The notes: generated by a model not told the origin, from the sequence alone. Numbered from the whole stretch's first letter, positions 11,051 to 23,859 are shown. The stretch: 63,047 bases of DNA, filler included, from Octopus bimaculoides (GCF_001194135.2; 6 parts of 6 records of this genome joined end to end with filler, not necessarily neighbours in it); one strand, 5' to 3'. Numbers and translations are program-made.

Positions 11051-12407
11051 GAATTAAGACTATTGCTGGTTTCATGTTAAAAAATGTAAGAAAATATCCA
11101 AGTACCTTAAGAATTTTTCAGGCCAATCACATGCAGAAAAGTGTTCATCTCCATTTTGAAAAACAATCTCTTTTCATTCACAGGGGTTCCTGTAAATTCG
11201 CATAAATAAAGCAATGAATCATGGGGCGTTACTCTTGGGTGGTATCTTTTGGATGTTTTTCTCCCATGGATTTGTCATCTGGGCAAATAAAATTATGTTT
11301 ATTGTGACTGAGTATTATTGACCCAATACGGAGGAGGTAGCTGTAGCTAATTTTAACAGTATTTCAGTTGAAGATCTTGTGGTATTTGTATGAATGTGGA
11401 AAGTGGTTGTCTATTAGTTTTATAAATTTTCTAGCTATGTTAGTAGCTACATTCATGCTATAAGGTGGATTGAACCATAAGATTTTCCTCTGTCTGCATC
11501 GTCTTCATTTATTTATATTTAGTTCAATGTAGTGAGTGCTATTCTTGAAGTTGGACCTTTCTAATGCAGCATTATAATATGGGGTGGCTTTTTCAAAAGT
11601 GACTTTGTCAATGGATGAGACATGCATGCTAATGTAGTTAACCAATTGTTTAATTACTGGTGGTGCATGGTTGGAACTTTTTTCTATGTACGAGACTTCC
11701 TCATTTTATTTGTGGTAGGGTTTCAATTTTCTTGTGTTAAGATTCATGCTAATGTCTAGGAAGTTAATGTTAATTCGTGTTAATGTCTAGGAATAAGCAA
11801 ATCCCAGATAGAATGGAAAATTATTGCTAAAGCCAAAAAATACAGAGAATGAGGTGCCAGATGTGAACACTGTATTACTGAAAAATGAAATATTATATAA
11901 CCAACAGATAACATCATAAACATTAGGGATGAAACCTTCTCTCCCTGCATACACAAGCAATATTTTACACTCAAATATTGCAAAGAAGAACCTGTATTTG
12001 TGACAGTAATCCTACCAGGATAGCCCCTATCCTAAACGTGAACACACATAGCACACAAACTTGACACAAAGAAGAAATATGCCCCAATGACGAACTACCT
12101 CAGCACACAAGTATAAGAACATCATTCCCAGAACAAAAACAAAATAATGCAACCAATTGATCACAAACAAAAAATTGTCCAAAATACAAATCCAAGGGAG
12201 ACAAACACCCAAAAGATACCACAAAAGAGTAACATCTCTTGATTCATTGTTTTATTTATGCGAATTTACAAGAACACCCGTGAACGAAGCAAGATTTTTT
12301 CCAAAATGGAGTCAAATACCTTCCTCCATGCGATTGGCTTGAAAAATTTAAGACAATAGGATATTTTCCTACATTTCTTAACATGAAACCAATAGTAGCC
12401 TTAATTC
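11051..12407. mobile_element. Rearranged Penelope-like element (RT thumb on -, GIY-YIG C-terminus on +) bounded by inverted repeats of at least 215 bp
   Basis: Minus 11790-11300: NFLDISMNL...SNHAPPVIKQ...RKILWFNPPYSMNVATNIARKFIKLIDNHFP...KIFN*NTVKISYS. Plus 11800-11990: WKIIAKAKKY...RCEHCITEK...NIRDETFSPCIH. 11051-11265 is the reverse complement of 12196-12407 (diverged). Confidence 0.8.
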
Positions 12408-12532
12408 ACAAATAAAGCATTTATATCCACCAATGCAGCATTGAGCACTCATTTTCATCGTTCAACATTTATGTATATATATATATATATCAAGTTTAAA
12501 TAGAGCTCAAAACTGATCCATTGAAAATACTT

Positions 12533-12534
<2 letters not shown>

Positions 12535-12590
<56 letters not shown>
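12535..12590. repeat. (TAA)n microsatellite
   Basis: Direct inspection. Confidence 0.95.
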
Positions 12591-12591
<1 letters not shown>

Positions 12592-12833
12592 AAATGATCT
12601 ATGAACATTTCGATGGAACATCCAGAATGATTAATACATATTATAAAATATTATAAAATATAGGATACTCCATCTCCTCGAGGTGCTATTATTATTATTA
12701 TTATTAGTAATATACAGCCAAAAAAACAGAAAACATTCAAATCCAATTTTCATAGTTGACCCATGAAAATATACAAAACAGGATGAAAAGGTATTAGATG
12801 ATATACAATCGTTCATCTTAAAAGTGTAAGGAA

Positions 12834-12872
<39 letters not shown>

Positions 12873-13049
12873 NNNNNNNNNNNNNNNNNNNNNNNNNNNN
12901 NNNNNNNNNNNNNNNNNNNNNNNNNNNNNNNNNNNNNNNNNNNNNNNNNNNNNNNNNNNNNNNNNNNNNNNNNNNNNNNNNNNNNATACACATTGTCCCA
13001 CCCATGCCAGCATGGCAGGCAGATGATAATGATGCTGATGAATAATTCG

Positions 13050-13455
13050 AAGCCTTTGACAAAATAGAAGGGAATATAGCTTCACACAATGTAGAAGACA
13101 ACTGAGGTTTCTACGGGACAACCTGCTGAGGGCCACTGACCAGATCTGTGGATGGTGCAAAGTCCCCTCTCGACCCAAAATAACATGGTGGTGGAACAAT
13201 GTTGTTGACAAGGCTATTAGAGAAAAGAAACAGGCTTGGAAGGACTGGAAGAACAGTGGTAGCAGGAAATTATATCAGACTGCCAGAAGGGAAGCTAGGC
13301 AACAGGTTTATGTAGCCAGAAGGGAAGCAGATAAGAAAAAAATTGCCAATGTTCTGCGCTGTGAAGACCAAAGACTTGAGGTATTTCATGTTGCAAGACA
13401 GTGTCTGAGAGAGAATCGTGATGTCGTCGGAGAGAAATGTGTCCGCATGAATGAT

Positions 13456-13460
<5 letters not shown>
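13050..13460 (+). mobile_element. RTE LINE internal fragment (endonuclease-RT linker)
   Basis: Translates RATDQICGWCKVPSRPKITWWWNNVVDKAIREKKQAWKDWK...EVFHVARQCLRENRDVVGEKCVR. Confidence 0.75.
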
Positions 13461-13490
<30 letters not shown>

Positions 13491-13494
13491 CTCA

Positions 13495-13777
13495 TTATCA
13501 TCGTTTAACATCCACTTTCCATGCTAGCATGGGTTGGACGATTTGACTGAGGACTGGTGAACCAGATGGCTACACCAGGCTCCAATCTGATTTCGCCGAG
13601 TTTCTACAGCTGGATGCCCTTCCTAACACCCACCACTCAGAGAGTGTAGTGGGTGCTTTTACGTGCCACCGGGACGTAGGCCAGTCAGGAGGTACTGGCA
13701 ACGGCCACGCTCGAAATGGTGTATTTTACGTGCCACCTGCACAGGAACCAGTCCAGCGGTACTGGCAATGAACTCGC
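13495..13777 (-). mobile_element. RTE 3'-UTR copy (tail plus internal tandem units)
   Basis: Reverse complement of the 46470-46878 and 35485-35650 type sequence; ends at a gap. Confidence 0.8.
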
Positions 13778-15169
13778 NNNNNNNNNNNNNNNNNNNNNNN
13801 NNNNNNNNNNNNNNNNNNNNNTTAATTAATTAANNNNNNNNNNNNNNNNNNNNNNNNNNNNNNNNNNNNNNNNNNNNATATGCATATGTGTGTGCATGCG
13901 TGTGCGTGTGCACGCATGTGTAATCGATAGACACAACGAAAAAAAGCAAGCGACAGACAAAGACAGAGATGGCAACCGACATATACAATTAGACATTCAG
14001 TTATACTATTAGACATACCACCATCCCAGTCTAATGCCGTCGTCTTACTGGATATTCCTCATGGAGCCCGTAGCATCACCCTTTCATTTCCTCCATATGG
14101 CAATTTAATTTATTCAGCATTCCTCAGTCTCTTCTTTGATTTATCGCTAACCATGCTGGCTCCACCACCGACACCACCACCATCATCGACTGTTCTTGAA
14201 TTCCGGATTTTACTGAATAAATAAGTTACATAACGCTACATTTGGCTTCATATAATAGGCTGAGACTAGATTTTTACCAAGAAGTTATGAGGATGTTGTC
14301 GTACTTGGCAGAGGTGGTGGTGGTGGTGGTGGTGGTGCAAATAATGGCGATGATTGAAATAGCGGAGGTGGAGGTGGAGGTGGTGGAGGTGGTGGTGGTG
14401 GTGGTGAAAATGGCGGTGGTAATAAGTGATGACGGTNNNNNNNNNNNNNNNNNNNNNNNNNNNNNNNNNNNNNNNNNNNNNNNNNNNNNNNNNNNNNNNN
14501 NNNNNNNNNNNNNNNNNNNNNNNNNNNNNNNNNNNNNNNNNNNNNNNNNNNNNNNNNNNNNNNNNNNNNNNNNNNNNNNNNNNNNNNNNNNNNNNNNNNN
14601 NNNNNNNNNNNNNNNNNNNNNNNNNNNNNNNNNNNNNNNNNNNNNNNNNNNNNNNNNNNNNNNNNNNNNNNNNNNNNNNNNNNNNNNNNNNNNNNNNNNN
14701 NNNNNNNNNNNNNNNNNNNNNNNNNNNNNNNNNNNGACACCACCACCATCATCGACTGTTCTTGAATTCCGGATTTTACTGAATAAATAAGTTACATAAC
14801 GCTACATTTGGCTTCATATAATAGGCTGAGACTAGATTTTTACCAAGAAGTTATGAGGATGTTGTCGTACTTGGCAGAGGTGGTGGTGGTGGTGGTGGTG
14901 GTGTTAGTCGTGATGTTATTGTTGTTGGTGATGGTGATGGTGATGGTGATTGTGTTTGCGGCGGCGCTGGCGGCAGTGGTGATGGTTGTGTTGCCTGTCA
15001 TTGGTGGCGATAATCTTCGTAATGACGGAGGCGGCGGCTGTGTTCTTGCTGTTTATTGGTAGCAGTGGCGTTGGTGATGTTGTTGTTATTGTCGTTGCTG
15101 GTTTTGTTGTTGTTGTCGTTGGCATTCTGTTCACCAACTGTATCCTTCTAGTTTTCCTTTCCAAATAAG

Positions 15170-15450
15170 TATGCCGTAAATCATGCACCCAATTTTTTTA
15201 TTTTTTATTTCTACATAATTGTATGAATTCTTGTGTGTAGAATGCAAATTCGCAAAATGTTTCTGAAAATTCCAAAAGATAAAGAGGTTATGAGGGGTTC
15301 TATGGCGTGTGTAAAGCAGGATTCTACTAATATTTCATTTGTTTACAATTGATAACATGCGCAGTCACGCACAAAATGGTAGATTCCAAATCCTGTTTTC
15401 TGACTGGCTAAAAATGATCAAACTCTAAACCTCTGTAGCTTTTTTTTAAA
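15170..15450. mobile_element. Non-autonomous DNA-transposon-like fragment (related to about 49590-50060)
   Basis: Shared ctgttttctga(c/t)tggct(g)aaaa motif. The 49.6-50.0 kb copy has inverted agccaatcagaa / ttctgattggct motifs. Confidence 0.35.
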
Positions 15451-15619
15451 AAACGTTTTTGGAAAAAGTGAATCAGCCCCTGAGATTCAGCGTGGAAAAT
15501 TACATCAATACACCAAATTAAAAAACTTCCACTAAACTTCAAAATTTCCACAGGTGCAGCCAAAGAGAAAAGATTCCCCTCCTCGCCAAAAAGCATTTAA
15601 ATGACCAGCAAAACGTATC

Positions 15620-16540
15620 ATTAGATGTAAATTGATACAACTAATGGACATATCTGATTCAAAGCAGGCTGACATTAAGAAGCCAACCATTGAAGATAAT
15701 CACTCCACTTCCACTGAAGGACGGGCAGAATAGTCAGCTAAATCTAGCAGCAAACAACACTCCAATTAGCTGAAATTCATATCTATGTTGTACAAACAGA
15801 AGAATACCAAAAACGTCTTACAAGTGATCTGAGATGCTGTTTCAACAGGTCTTAATTTGAATGACATGCCATACAGTATAAGTAAAGAGCCTAGGAAATT
15901 AGAATGAAAGGCGGAAACGAAATAGCAAACAAATATCTGAAGACCACACAGTCTGGAGATATGAAAACAATCTACGAAACCGTTAACCTTTTGATGTATG
16001 TCTTAGCTATTACATTACTAGCGTATCGCAAAGAACTGAAGCCACGCAACTGAGATTAAAGCAGAAGGCCTGAACCAGCATGGTAGCTTAAAATATAAAA
16101 TTGTATTCCTGCGAAAGAATATCTCACAGATCGTTGTAGCTATGAAATATAACACAGAGAATAATTTCATACGACATGAGGAAGATCTCAGAAACAAAAA
16201 ACAAAAACGAAAATTAGAGAGGTGATTTGGTGATGCAGGATTAAAAAATCTAAACTCCAAATTGCATCAGCTGAAACAACAACACTGAGCAACAGCTGAA
16301 AAACTAAAATATAAATCTACAATATATAAACGGTAGTTATGACGTGTGGTGTACACGTCGGGTATAAAATATTACCCAAATAAATATTCTGATGTGGTTA
16401 TTTAGAATAACCTGTCGTAGAGTTATTATGTTCACACAGAATGCATTCCGTACCACTCGAACGTAGGTACGATATTAAACCCACACACGACGCACTAATA
16501 CAGTAACCAATATGGTCGACAAACAACTGTCGTCTGGCCC
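15620..16540 (+). mobile_element. Highly degenerate RTE-like LINE RT region
   Basis: Patchy similarity to RTE RT motifs (KIVFL-x-K-x-x-LTD at about 16097; MVDKQL at about 16512); many stops. Confidence 0.4.
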
Positions 16541-16663
16541 TGACAGTTCACACACTTCTCTATTGAAATCCGTTCGCCTACTTTCAGTCACGTGAGGGTG
16601 TACGGGATTCTCCCATAACAACTCCCCCTTTTTGAGAATTAACCTCCCATAGCGACAGTAAAT

Positions 16664-16884
16664 ACTCTTTTACTCTTTTACTTGTTTCAGTCATTTGACT
16701 GCGGCCATGCTGGAGCACCGCTTTTAGTCGAGCAAATCGACACCAGGACTTGGATGCTTAGTACTTATTCTATCGGTCTCTTTTGCCGAACCGCTAAGCT
16801 ACGGGGACATAAACACACCAGCATCTGTTGTCAAGCGATGTTGAAGGGACAAACACAGGCATACAAACATATACACACACACAC

Positions 16885-16951
<67 letters not shown>

Positions 16952-17112
16952 CACGACGGGCTTCTTTCAGTTTTCGTCTACCAAATCCACTCAGAAGGCT
17001 TTGGTCGGCCCGAGGCTATAGTAGAAGACACTTGCCCAAGGTGCCACGCAGTGGGAATGAACCTGGAACCATGTGGCTGGTAAGCAAGCTACTTACCACA
17101 CAGCCACTCCTG
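16664..17112 (-). mobile_element. tRNA-derived SINE 'family B', full length
   Basis: Head with A-box (tggctgtgtgg) and B-box-like sequence, internal (TA/TG)n tract and (taaaagag)n tail; reverse complement of 47106-47505. Confidence 0.85.
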
Positions 17113-17391
17113 TTAAAAAAAATTATTTGCCAGATATCTCAAATTAGTTTATCACTGCTTCAACGCCAAAGGCTCAATCTTTGTAAAAGACACCCCCGTA
17201 AAAAAATCGAGTTGAGGGCTACTGGAGGTCTGTATGGGAAACAAGTGATTAATTCAACAAATAAACTGTTTGGCTTAAAGAACTGGAGCAGGACTACTGA
17301 AGGCATGTTCGGCGAAAGCAACAGGAAATGGACGGTGAAATACTGGAAACAGTTCTACAGAAAATGTGAAACATACATACATACATACATG

Positions 17392-17697
17392 CTGTTGGCA
17401 CTCCGTCGCTTACGACGTCGAGGGTTCCAGTTGATCCGATCAACGGAACAGCCTGCTCGTTAAATTAACGTGCAAGTGGCTGAGCACTCCACAGACACGT
17501 GTACCCTTAACGTAGTTCTCGGGGAGATTCAGCGTGACACAGTGTGACAAGGCTGACCCTTTGAATTACAGGTACAACAGAAACAGGAAGAAAGAGTGAG
17601 AAAAAGCTATGGTGGAAGAGTACAGCAGGGTTCACCACCATCCCCTGCCGGAGCCTCGTGGAGCATTTAGGTGTTTTCGCTCAATAAACACTCACAA
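17392..17697 (-). mobile_element. SINE 'family D' (conserved central/3' domain); 5' end in a gap
   Basis: About 170 bp shared with 22235-22420 and 60358-60460 (gatcaacggaaca...aattaacgtgcaagtggctgagcactccacagacacgtgtacccttaacgtagttctc). Confidence 0.7.
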
Positions 17698-18986
17698 NNN
17701 NNNNNNNNNNNNNNNNNNNNNNNNNNNNNNNNNNNNNNNNNNNNNNNNNNNNNNNNNNNNNNNNNNNNNNNNNNNNNNNNNNNNNNNNNNNNNNNNNNNN
17801 NNNNNNNNNNNNNNNNNNNNNNNNNNNNNNNNNNNNNNNNNNNNNNNNNNNNNNNNNNNNNNNNNNNNNNNNNNNNNNNNNNNNNNNNNNNNNNNNNNNN
17901 NNNNNNNNNNNNNNNNNNNNNNNNNNNNNNNNNNNNNNNNNNNNNNNNNNNNNNNNNNNNNNNNNNNNNNNNNNNNNNNNNNNNNNNNNNNNNNNNNNNN
18001 NNNNNNNNNNNNNNNNNNNNNNNNNNNNNNNNNNNNNNNNNNNNNNNNNNNNNNNNNNNNNNNNNNNNNNNNNNNNNNNNGTTTGTATATATATGCGAAG
18101 ATATGTATGTTTTGCTTTATGTATGTATTCTCATGCATATAGTTGCATATCTACACATACTCATGTATATTTAAAGGATAAACTTCTGGAATGTTTTACA
18201 GATTTTTATAGTTCCAGTGATGGGTTGGAATCAGCTTTCTCCTTTCTGGTTTTGAGAAACCTAATTTCTCAAGATTGGTATGTATGTATGTAAGTATGTA
18301 TGTATGTACGTATGTACGTATGTATGTATGGATGTATGTATGTATGTATGTATGGATGGATGGATGGATGCACGCACAGTCATTCATATATGAAAGGCCT
18401 CTTTCAGTTCATCATCAGATCTACCAAATCCACTCGAAAGTCTTTGGTTTACTCGGGGCAATAGTGAAAGAGTCTTGCCTAAGGTACTGCACAGCGGAGC
18501 TGAATTCGAAACTCTGTGGTCGGGAAATGAGATCTTACCCCATAAGCATGCTGCCTGCTCCTACATACCAAGAAAAACAGGATGTTTGTGGAATGGCTTC
18601 GATATTAGAACGGTTTTGATTTTAGATCTCCTGGGGCTAAAGAACAACAGGACATCAGTCTGGGGTTTGCTTATTGATTCAGTTTCATGCGGTCGTGGGT
18701 AAACTGCGGCCCGCGTGACTTTTTGAAGTAGTGTAGTCTGCCTGATGATGAGACTTGTCTCATGCGACCCGTTTTCTTGATAAAGGTTGCCCGTGCTTGA
18801 TTTAATGTTACAGTTTTGTTCTGTGACCTTTCTGAGTCGGAATTAGACGGCAAGATGGAGGAAGTTGGGGGAGGGAAGAGAGCGACATACATAGGCAGTA
18901 AGGGAGAGAGAGAAAGAGAAGGAGCAACAGACATAGAAACAGAGAGAGACAGAAAGAGAGAGAAAAGGAGCGACAGACTTAGAGAC

Positions 18987-19042
<56 letters not shown>

Positions 19043-19971
19043 NNNNNNNNNNNNNNNNNNNNNNNNNNNNNNNNNNNNNNNNNNNNNNNNNNNNNNNNNN
19101 NNNNNNNNNNNNNNNNNNNNNNNNNNNNNNNNNNNNNNNNNNNNNNNNNNNNNNNNNNNNNNNNNNNNNNNNNNNNNNNNNNNNNNNNNNNNNNNNNNNN
19201 NNNNNNNNNNNNNNNNNNNNNNNNNNNNNNNNNNNNNNNNNNNNNNNNNNNNNNNNNNNNNNNNNNNNNNNNNNNNNNNNNNNNNNNNNNNNNNNNNNNN
19301 NNNNNNNNNNNNNNNNNNNNNNNNNNNNNNNNNNNNNNNNNNNNNNNNNNNNNNNNNNNNNNNNNNNNNNNNNNNNNNNNNNNNNNNNNNNNNNNNNNNN
19401 NNNNNNNNNNNNNNNNNNNNNNNNNNNNNNNNNNNNNNNNNNNNNNNNNNNNNNNNNNNNNNNNNNNNNNNNNNNNNNNNNNNNNNNNNNNNNNNNNNNN
19501 NNNNNNNNNNNNNNNNNNNNNNNNNNNNNNNNNNNNNNNNNNNNNNNNNNNNNNNNNNNNNNNNNNNNNNNNNNNNNNNNNNNNNNNNNNNNNNNNNNNN
19601 NNNNNNNNNNNNNNNNNNNNNNNNNNNNNNNNNNNNNNNNNNNNNNNNNNNNNNNNNNNNNNNNNNNNNNNNNNNNNNNNNNNNNNNNNNNNNNNNNNNN
19701 NNNNNNNNNNNNNNNNNNNNNNNNNNNNNNNNNNNNNNNNNNNNNNNNNNNNNNNNNNNNNNNNNNNNNNNNNNNNNNNNNNNNNNNNNNNNNNNNNNNN
19801 NNNNNNNNNNNNNNNNNNNNNNNNNNNNNNNNNNNNNNNNNNNNNNNNNNNNNNNNNNNNNNNNNNNNNNNNNNNNNNNNNNNNNNNNNNNNNNNNNNNN
19901 NNNNNNNNNNNNNNNNNNNNNNNNNNNNNNNNNNNNNNNNNNNNNNNNNNNNNNNNNNNNNNNNNNNNNNN

Positions 19972-20007
<36 letters not shown>

Positions 20008-20254
20008 TACATATACATACATGCATAAATATATACATACATATGTAAATATATATATATATACATATATATATATGATTAAAAAGTGAGGTATCTTTTA
20101 AGTAGTCACCCATCTCCACCTATGATGCACCAAACTGTATAGCGTTTGGTACAACGTCTCACACGCGGGGCTCCTGTGCACGATGGGTCGAAACGATCGT
20201 AGTGAATAATAGTCTCGTGAATTCCATTTTCTTTCTCTCATATTTTATGCATCT

Positions 20255-20811
20255 GTGTGTGTGTGTCTGTGTTTTCTCCAACCACTGCTTGACAACCGGT
20301 GCTGGTGTGTTTACGGTTCGGCAAAACATGTGTAGCAGGATTAAAAATATAAGTACCAGTGTCTATTCATTCGACTAAAACTCTTCAAGGCTGTGCCCCA
20401 GCATGGCCGCAGTTTAATGACTGAAACAAGCAACAAATACACGATGATCTCTTAGCAATACCTCCATCTCAGACTTCTAAATTCTTCTAAAATCTGATTT
20501 AGTTTTTCCTTTTTTAGTTTTTCTAGAATTGTTTTGTTGCTATTTACTGAAAGGAATGAGAGTGACTGAATAATTAATTTAGAGACTACCATCCTCTTAC
20601 TTTTCACATTCATTGGACTGCGGCCATGCTAGAGCACTGCCTTGAAGGGTTTTTGTCGAACAAATCGACCTCAGTACATAAGTTTGTTTGTTCTTTTAAG
20701 TCAATACTGATTCTATCGGTCTTTTGCCGAATCACTAAGTTATGGAAGCGTAAACAAACCAACATCGGTCGTCAAGCGGTGATGAAGAACAAATACAGAG
20801 ACACTCGAATG

Positions 20812-20848
<37 letters not shown>

Positions 20849-21005
20849 CTATATACGAAGAACTTCCACGCAATCTTCGTCTGCCAAATTTACTCACAAG
20901 GCATTGGTCAGTCCAGGGTTATCGTAAAAAAAAAACACTTGACCAAAGTGTCGCGTAGTGGAACTGAACCCGGAACCACAAGGTTACAAAGCGAGCTGCT
21001 TAACC
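20255..21005. mobile_element. Two SINE family B copies: 20255-20432 (+, 3' half) and 20605-21005 (-)
   Basis: Match to the family B body and tail in opposite orientations. Confidence 0.7.
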
Positions 21006-21289
21006 ACACGAATACATGGTGAGACTATTTAGAGCAACATATACCAACATGCGGTTTATACGTCGCCTCATTTGTTTGGAAGCCACACTGTGTTAAGTAA
21101 ACAGAATAATAACTACGCAATATAAATGTTACATCGTACTCATCAACTTAGTCACATCTAATATCCGGTCTAATCGGGTGCAAACGATGTTATGCCATGA
21201 GGGGTATTTGTATATTTATATTTATGCAGGTTGGGTGGCAGGAATGATAAAAATGCCAAGCAACTTAGAATTATTCATTTACGTCATTT

Positions 21290-21620
21290 TACGCTCCGAG
21301 TTCAAATACTACTGAGCTTGGCTTTCTTAATTTCAGTCTTCTGGAGTCGATAAAATGTAGCACCAATCGTCTTATCCCCTGCCCCTTCCGAAATGCGTGG
21401 TCCTGTGCTAATGCTAAAAATCGGTTCTTTATGTTTTGAGTTCAAATCCCAGTGAGTTTGACTTTCGCAATTTCATTCTTGTGGGGTCGATGAAATGTAG
21501 CACCAATCAGCTATAATTGATATAATTGTCTACATCCCCAGCCCCTCGGAAATGTGTGGCCATATGCTAATGTTAAAAATCGGTTCTTTATGTTTTGAGT
21601 TCAAATCCCAATGAACTTGA
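21290..21620 (+). repeat. Head-to-tail array (about 2.5 units of 140-160 bp) of SINE family A-derived sequence
   Basis: gagttcaaat at about 21297, 21437 and 21597; gtcgat(a/g)aaatgtagcaccaatc and tgctaatg(c/t)taaaaatcggttctttatgtttt each occur twice. Confidence 0.65.
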
Positions 21621-21819
21621 TATCTAATCATCTTCGAGGTGTTCCTCTTCCCAATGAATTGTCTTTTAAGCTCTGTTCCTGTTTATCGTCGTCGTAAGAA
21701 TTTAGAAACTTTCGAAAGAACGTGAAACAATGTTTTGCTTTTTGTTGTCTTTTATTTTTTTGGAGCAATGGTTCTCAAAGAATACATAAAGCTATGAATA
21801 ACCCTTTCTACTAAAAAAA

Positions 21820-22015
21820 CAAGGCCTGAAACTTGTTGGGGAGGGGACTAGTCGAATACATCGACCCCAGTGTTTCACTGGTACTCAATTTACCGACTCC
21901 GAAAGGATGAAAGGCAAAGTCGATCTCTGTGGAATTTGAACTTAGAATGTAGCGACGGGCGAAATATCACTACACATTTCGCCCGGTGTGCTAACGATTC
22001 TGCCAGCCCTCCGCT
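21820..22015 (-). mobile_element. SINE family A
   Basis: Collinear with 24391-24623 through the head and body. Confidence 0.8.
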
Positions 22016-22234
22016 TTATATAAGGCTAGAAATAATATCATGTAAATAGTGGGTGGACAAACCCTTTTCGATAGAAAAAGTTGCAGGCTGCCCGTGGGAC
22101 GACATTGCGAGCAGTTTTTTTTTTAACTTTGCGTTCCATTTTAAACTCATACAATAAATTAAACTGGAATTACTTCCTTATTTCATTTGATAGCCTAAAA
22201 TTAAAAAAAGAAGAGTGAATAGGGAGAGCAAAAC

Positions 22235-22565
22235 TGGCACTCTGTCTCGGTTACGACGACGAGTGTTTCAGTTGAACAGATCAACGGAACAACTTGCTCG
22301 TGAAATTAACGTGCAAGTGGCTGAGCACTCCACAGACACGTGTACCCTTAACGTAGTTCTCAGAGAGATTCAGCGTGACACAGTGTGTGACAAGTTCGGT
22401 CCTTTCAATTACAGGTACAGGTCAGTTTTGCCAGGTGAGTTTACTGGAGCAACGTGAGATAAAGTGTCTTGCTCAAGGACACAACGCGCCGCTGGGGATC
22501 GAACTCACGACCTCACGATTGTGGGCCGATTATCCTAACCACTAAACCACGCGCCTTCACAGCGA
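22235..22565 (-). mobile_element. SINE with tRNA head plus family D 3' domain
   Basis: Minus: gtgaaggcgcgtggtttagtggttagg (A-box)...gagttcgatccc (B-box)...gtccttgagcaagacacttt, then the family D domain. Confidence 0.78.
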
Positions 22566-23319
22566 GAGCAAAATCTTTGCTTGAAAACGGTNNNNNNNNN
22601 NNNNNNNNNNNNNNNNNNNNNNNNNNNNNNNNNNNNNNNNNNNNNNNNNNNNNNNNNNNNNNNNNNNNNNNNNNNNNNNNNNNNNNNNNNNNNNNNNNNN
22701 NNNNNNNNNNNNNNNNNNNNNNNNNNNNNNNNNNNNNNNNNNNNNNNNNNNNNNNNNNNNNNNNNNNNNNNNNNNNNNNNNNNNNNNNNNNNNNNNNNNN
22801 NNNNNNNNNNNNNNNNNNNNNNNNNNNNNNNNNNNNNNNNNNNNNNNNNNNNNNNNNNNNNNNNNNNNNNNNNNNNNNNNNNNNNNNNNNNNNNNNNNNN
22901 NNNNNNNNNNNNNNNNNNNNNNNNNNNNNNNNNNNNNNNNNNNNNNNNNNNNNNNNNNNNNNNNNNNNNNNNNNNNNNNNNNNNNNNNNNNNNNNNNNNN
23001 NNNNNNNNNNNNNNNNNNNNNNNNNNNNNNNNNNNNNNNNNNNNNNNNNNNNNNNNNNNNNNNNNNNNNNNNNNNNNNNNNNNNNNNNNNNACTTGATGC
23101 GAACTTTATTTTATCGACCCCGGAGGGGTGAAAGGCAAAGTTGGTCGCGGTGGCATTTGAACTGACAAAGTAAAAAGCCGAAAGAAATACTACTGAGAAT
23201 TCTGTCCGATGTTCTAACGTTACTGTCTGCTCACCGCCTTGTTTATTGGATTGCTATTAGATATTTATCGGCCATGAGCATATTTTTCGCTTGTTTCGTT
23301 ACAAACAGGTAGCTTGCTA

Positions 23320-23370
23320 GATAGACAGACAGACAAATGTAGACAGACAGACAGATAAATACATGCATAC

Positions 23371-23402
<32 letters not shown>

Positions 23403-23497
23403 GTAGACTGATAAATAGATTGATAGATAGACAAACAAACAGTAGATAGATGATAGATAAGATAGATAGATAGACAGACAGACAGATAGACAGACAG

Positions 23498-23528
<31 letters not shown>

Positions 23529-23540
23529 GACAGGCAGGTA
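23320..23540. repeat. (TAGA/CAGA)n compound microsatellite
   Basis: Direct inspection. Confidence 0.9.
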
Positions 23541-23859
23541 GGCGTTTAGACAGTTTGACATAAATAAATAGAGAGATGATTTTTCACATATACGAGTCGC
23601 TTTCTTTATCTTAGAATGCTGGAATGAAAACATGAGCTTTGATTTCGTACGGAACAGAATTTTCAAAGCACGCATTATTTATTGGTTGTTTCTTTGGTTA
23701 ATCTGCAGTTCCTTCTGTGTTACTCACTCAAATATGCGGATATTCAAGTGGTATAGCATTGAATTGGCATTTTACTCTATTACCTCTCAAATACTAGCTT
23801 TTATGACGTCATAGTTTCATTTCTCCAGTATCTTAGTTCTCTAACCAACGTAGCATAAG

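Noticed and set aside
14165-14900. About 165-bp exact duplication on both sides of the 14437-14735 gap
   Set aside because: Identical copies flanking a gap and ending in the same (GGT)n tract are typical of overlapping contig ends or haplotype mis-joins; needs long reads before calling a duplication.
22445-22565. tRNA-like A/B-box sequences here and at other SINE heads
   Set aside because: They continue directly into multicopy SINE bodies and lack a complete cloverleaf; not tRNA genes.
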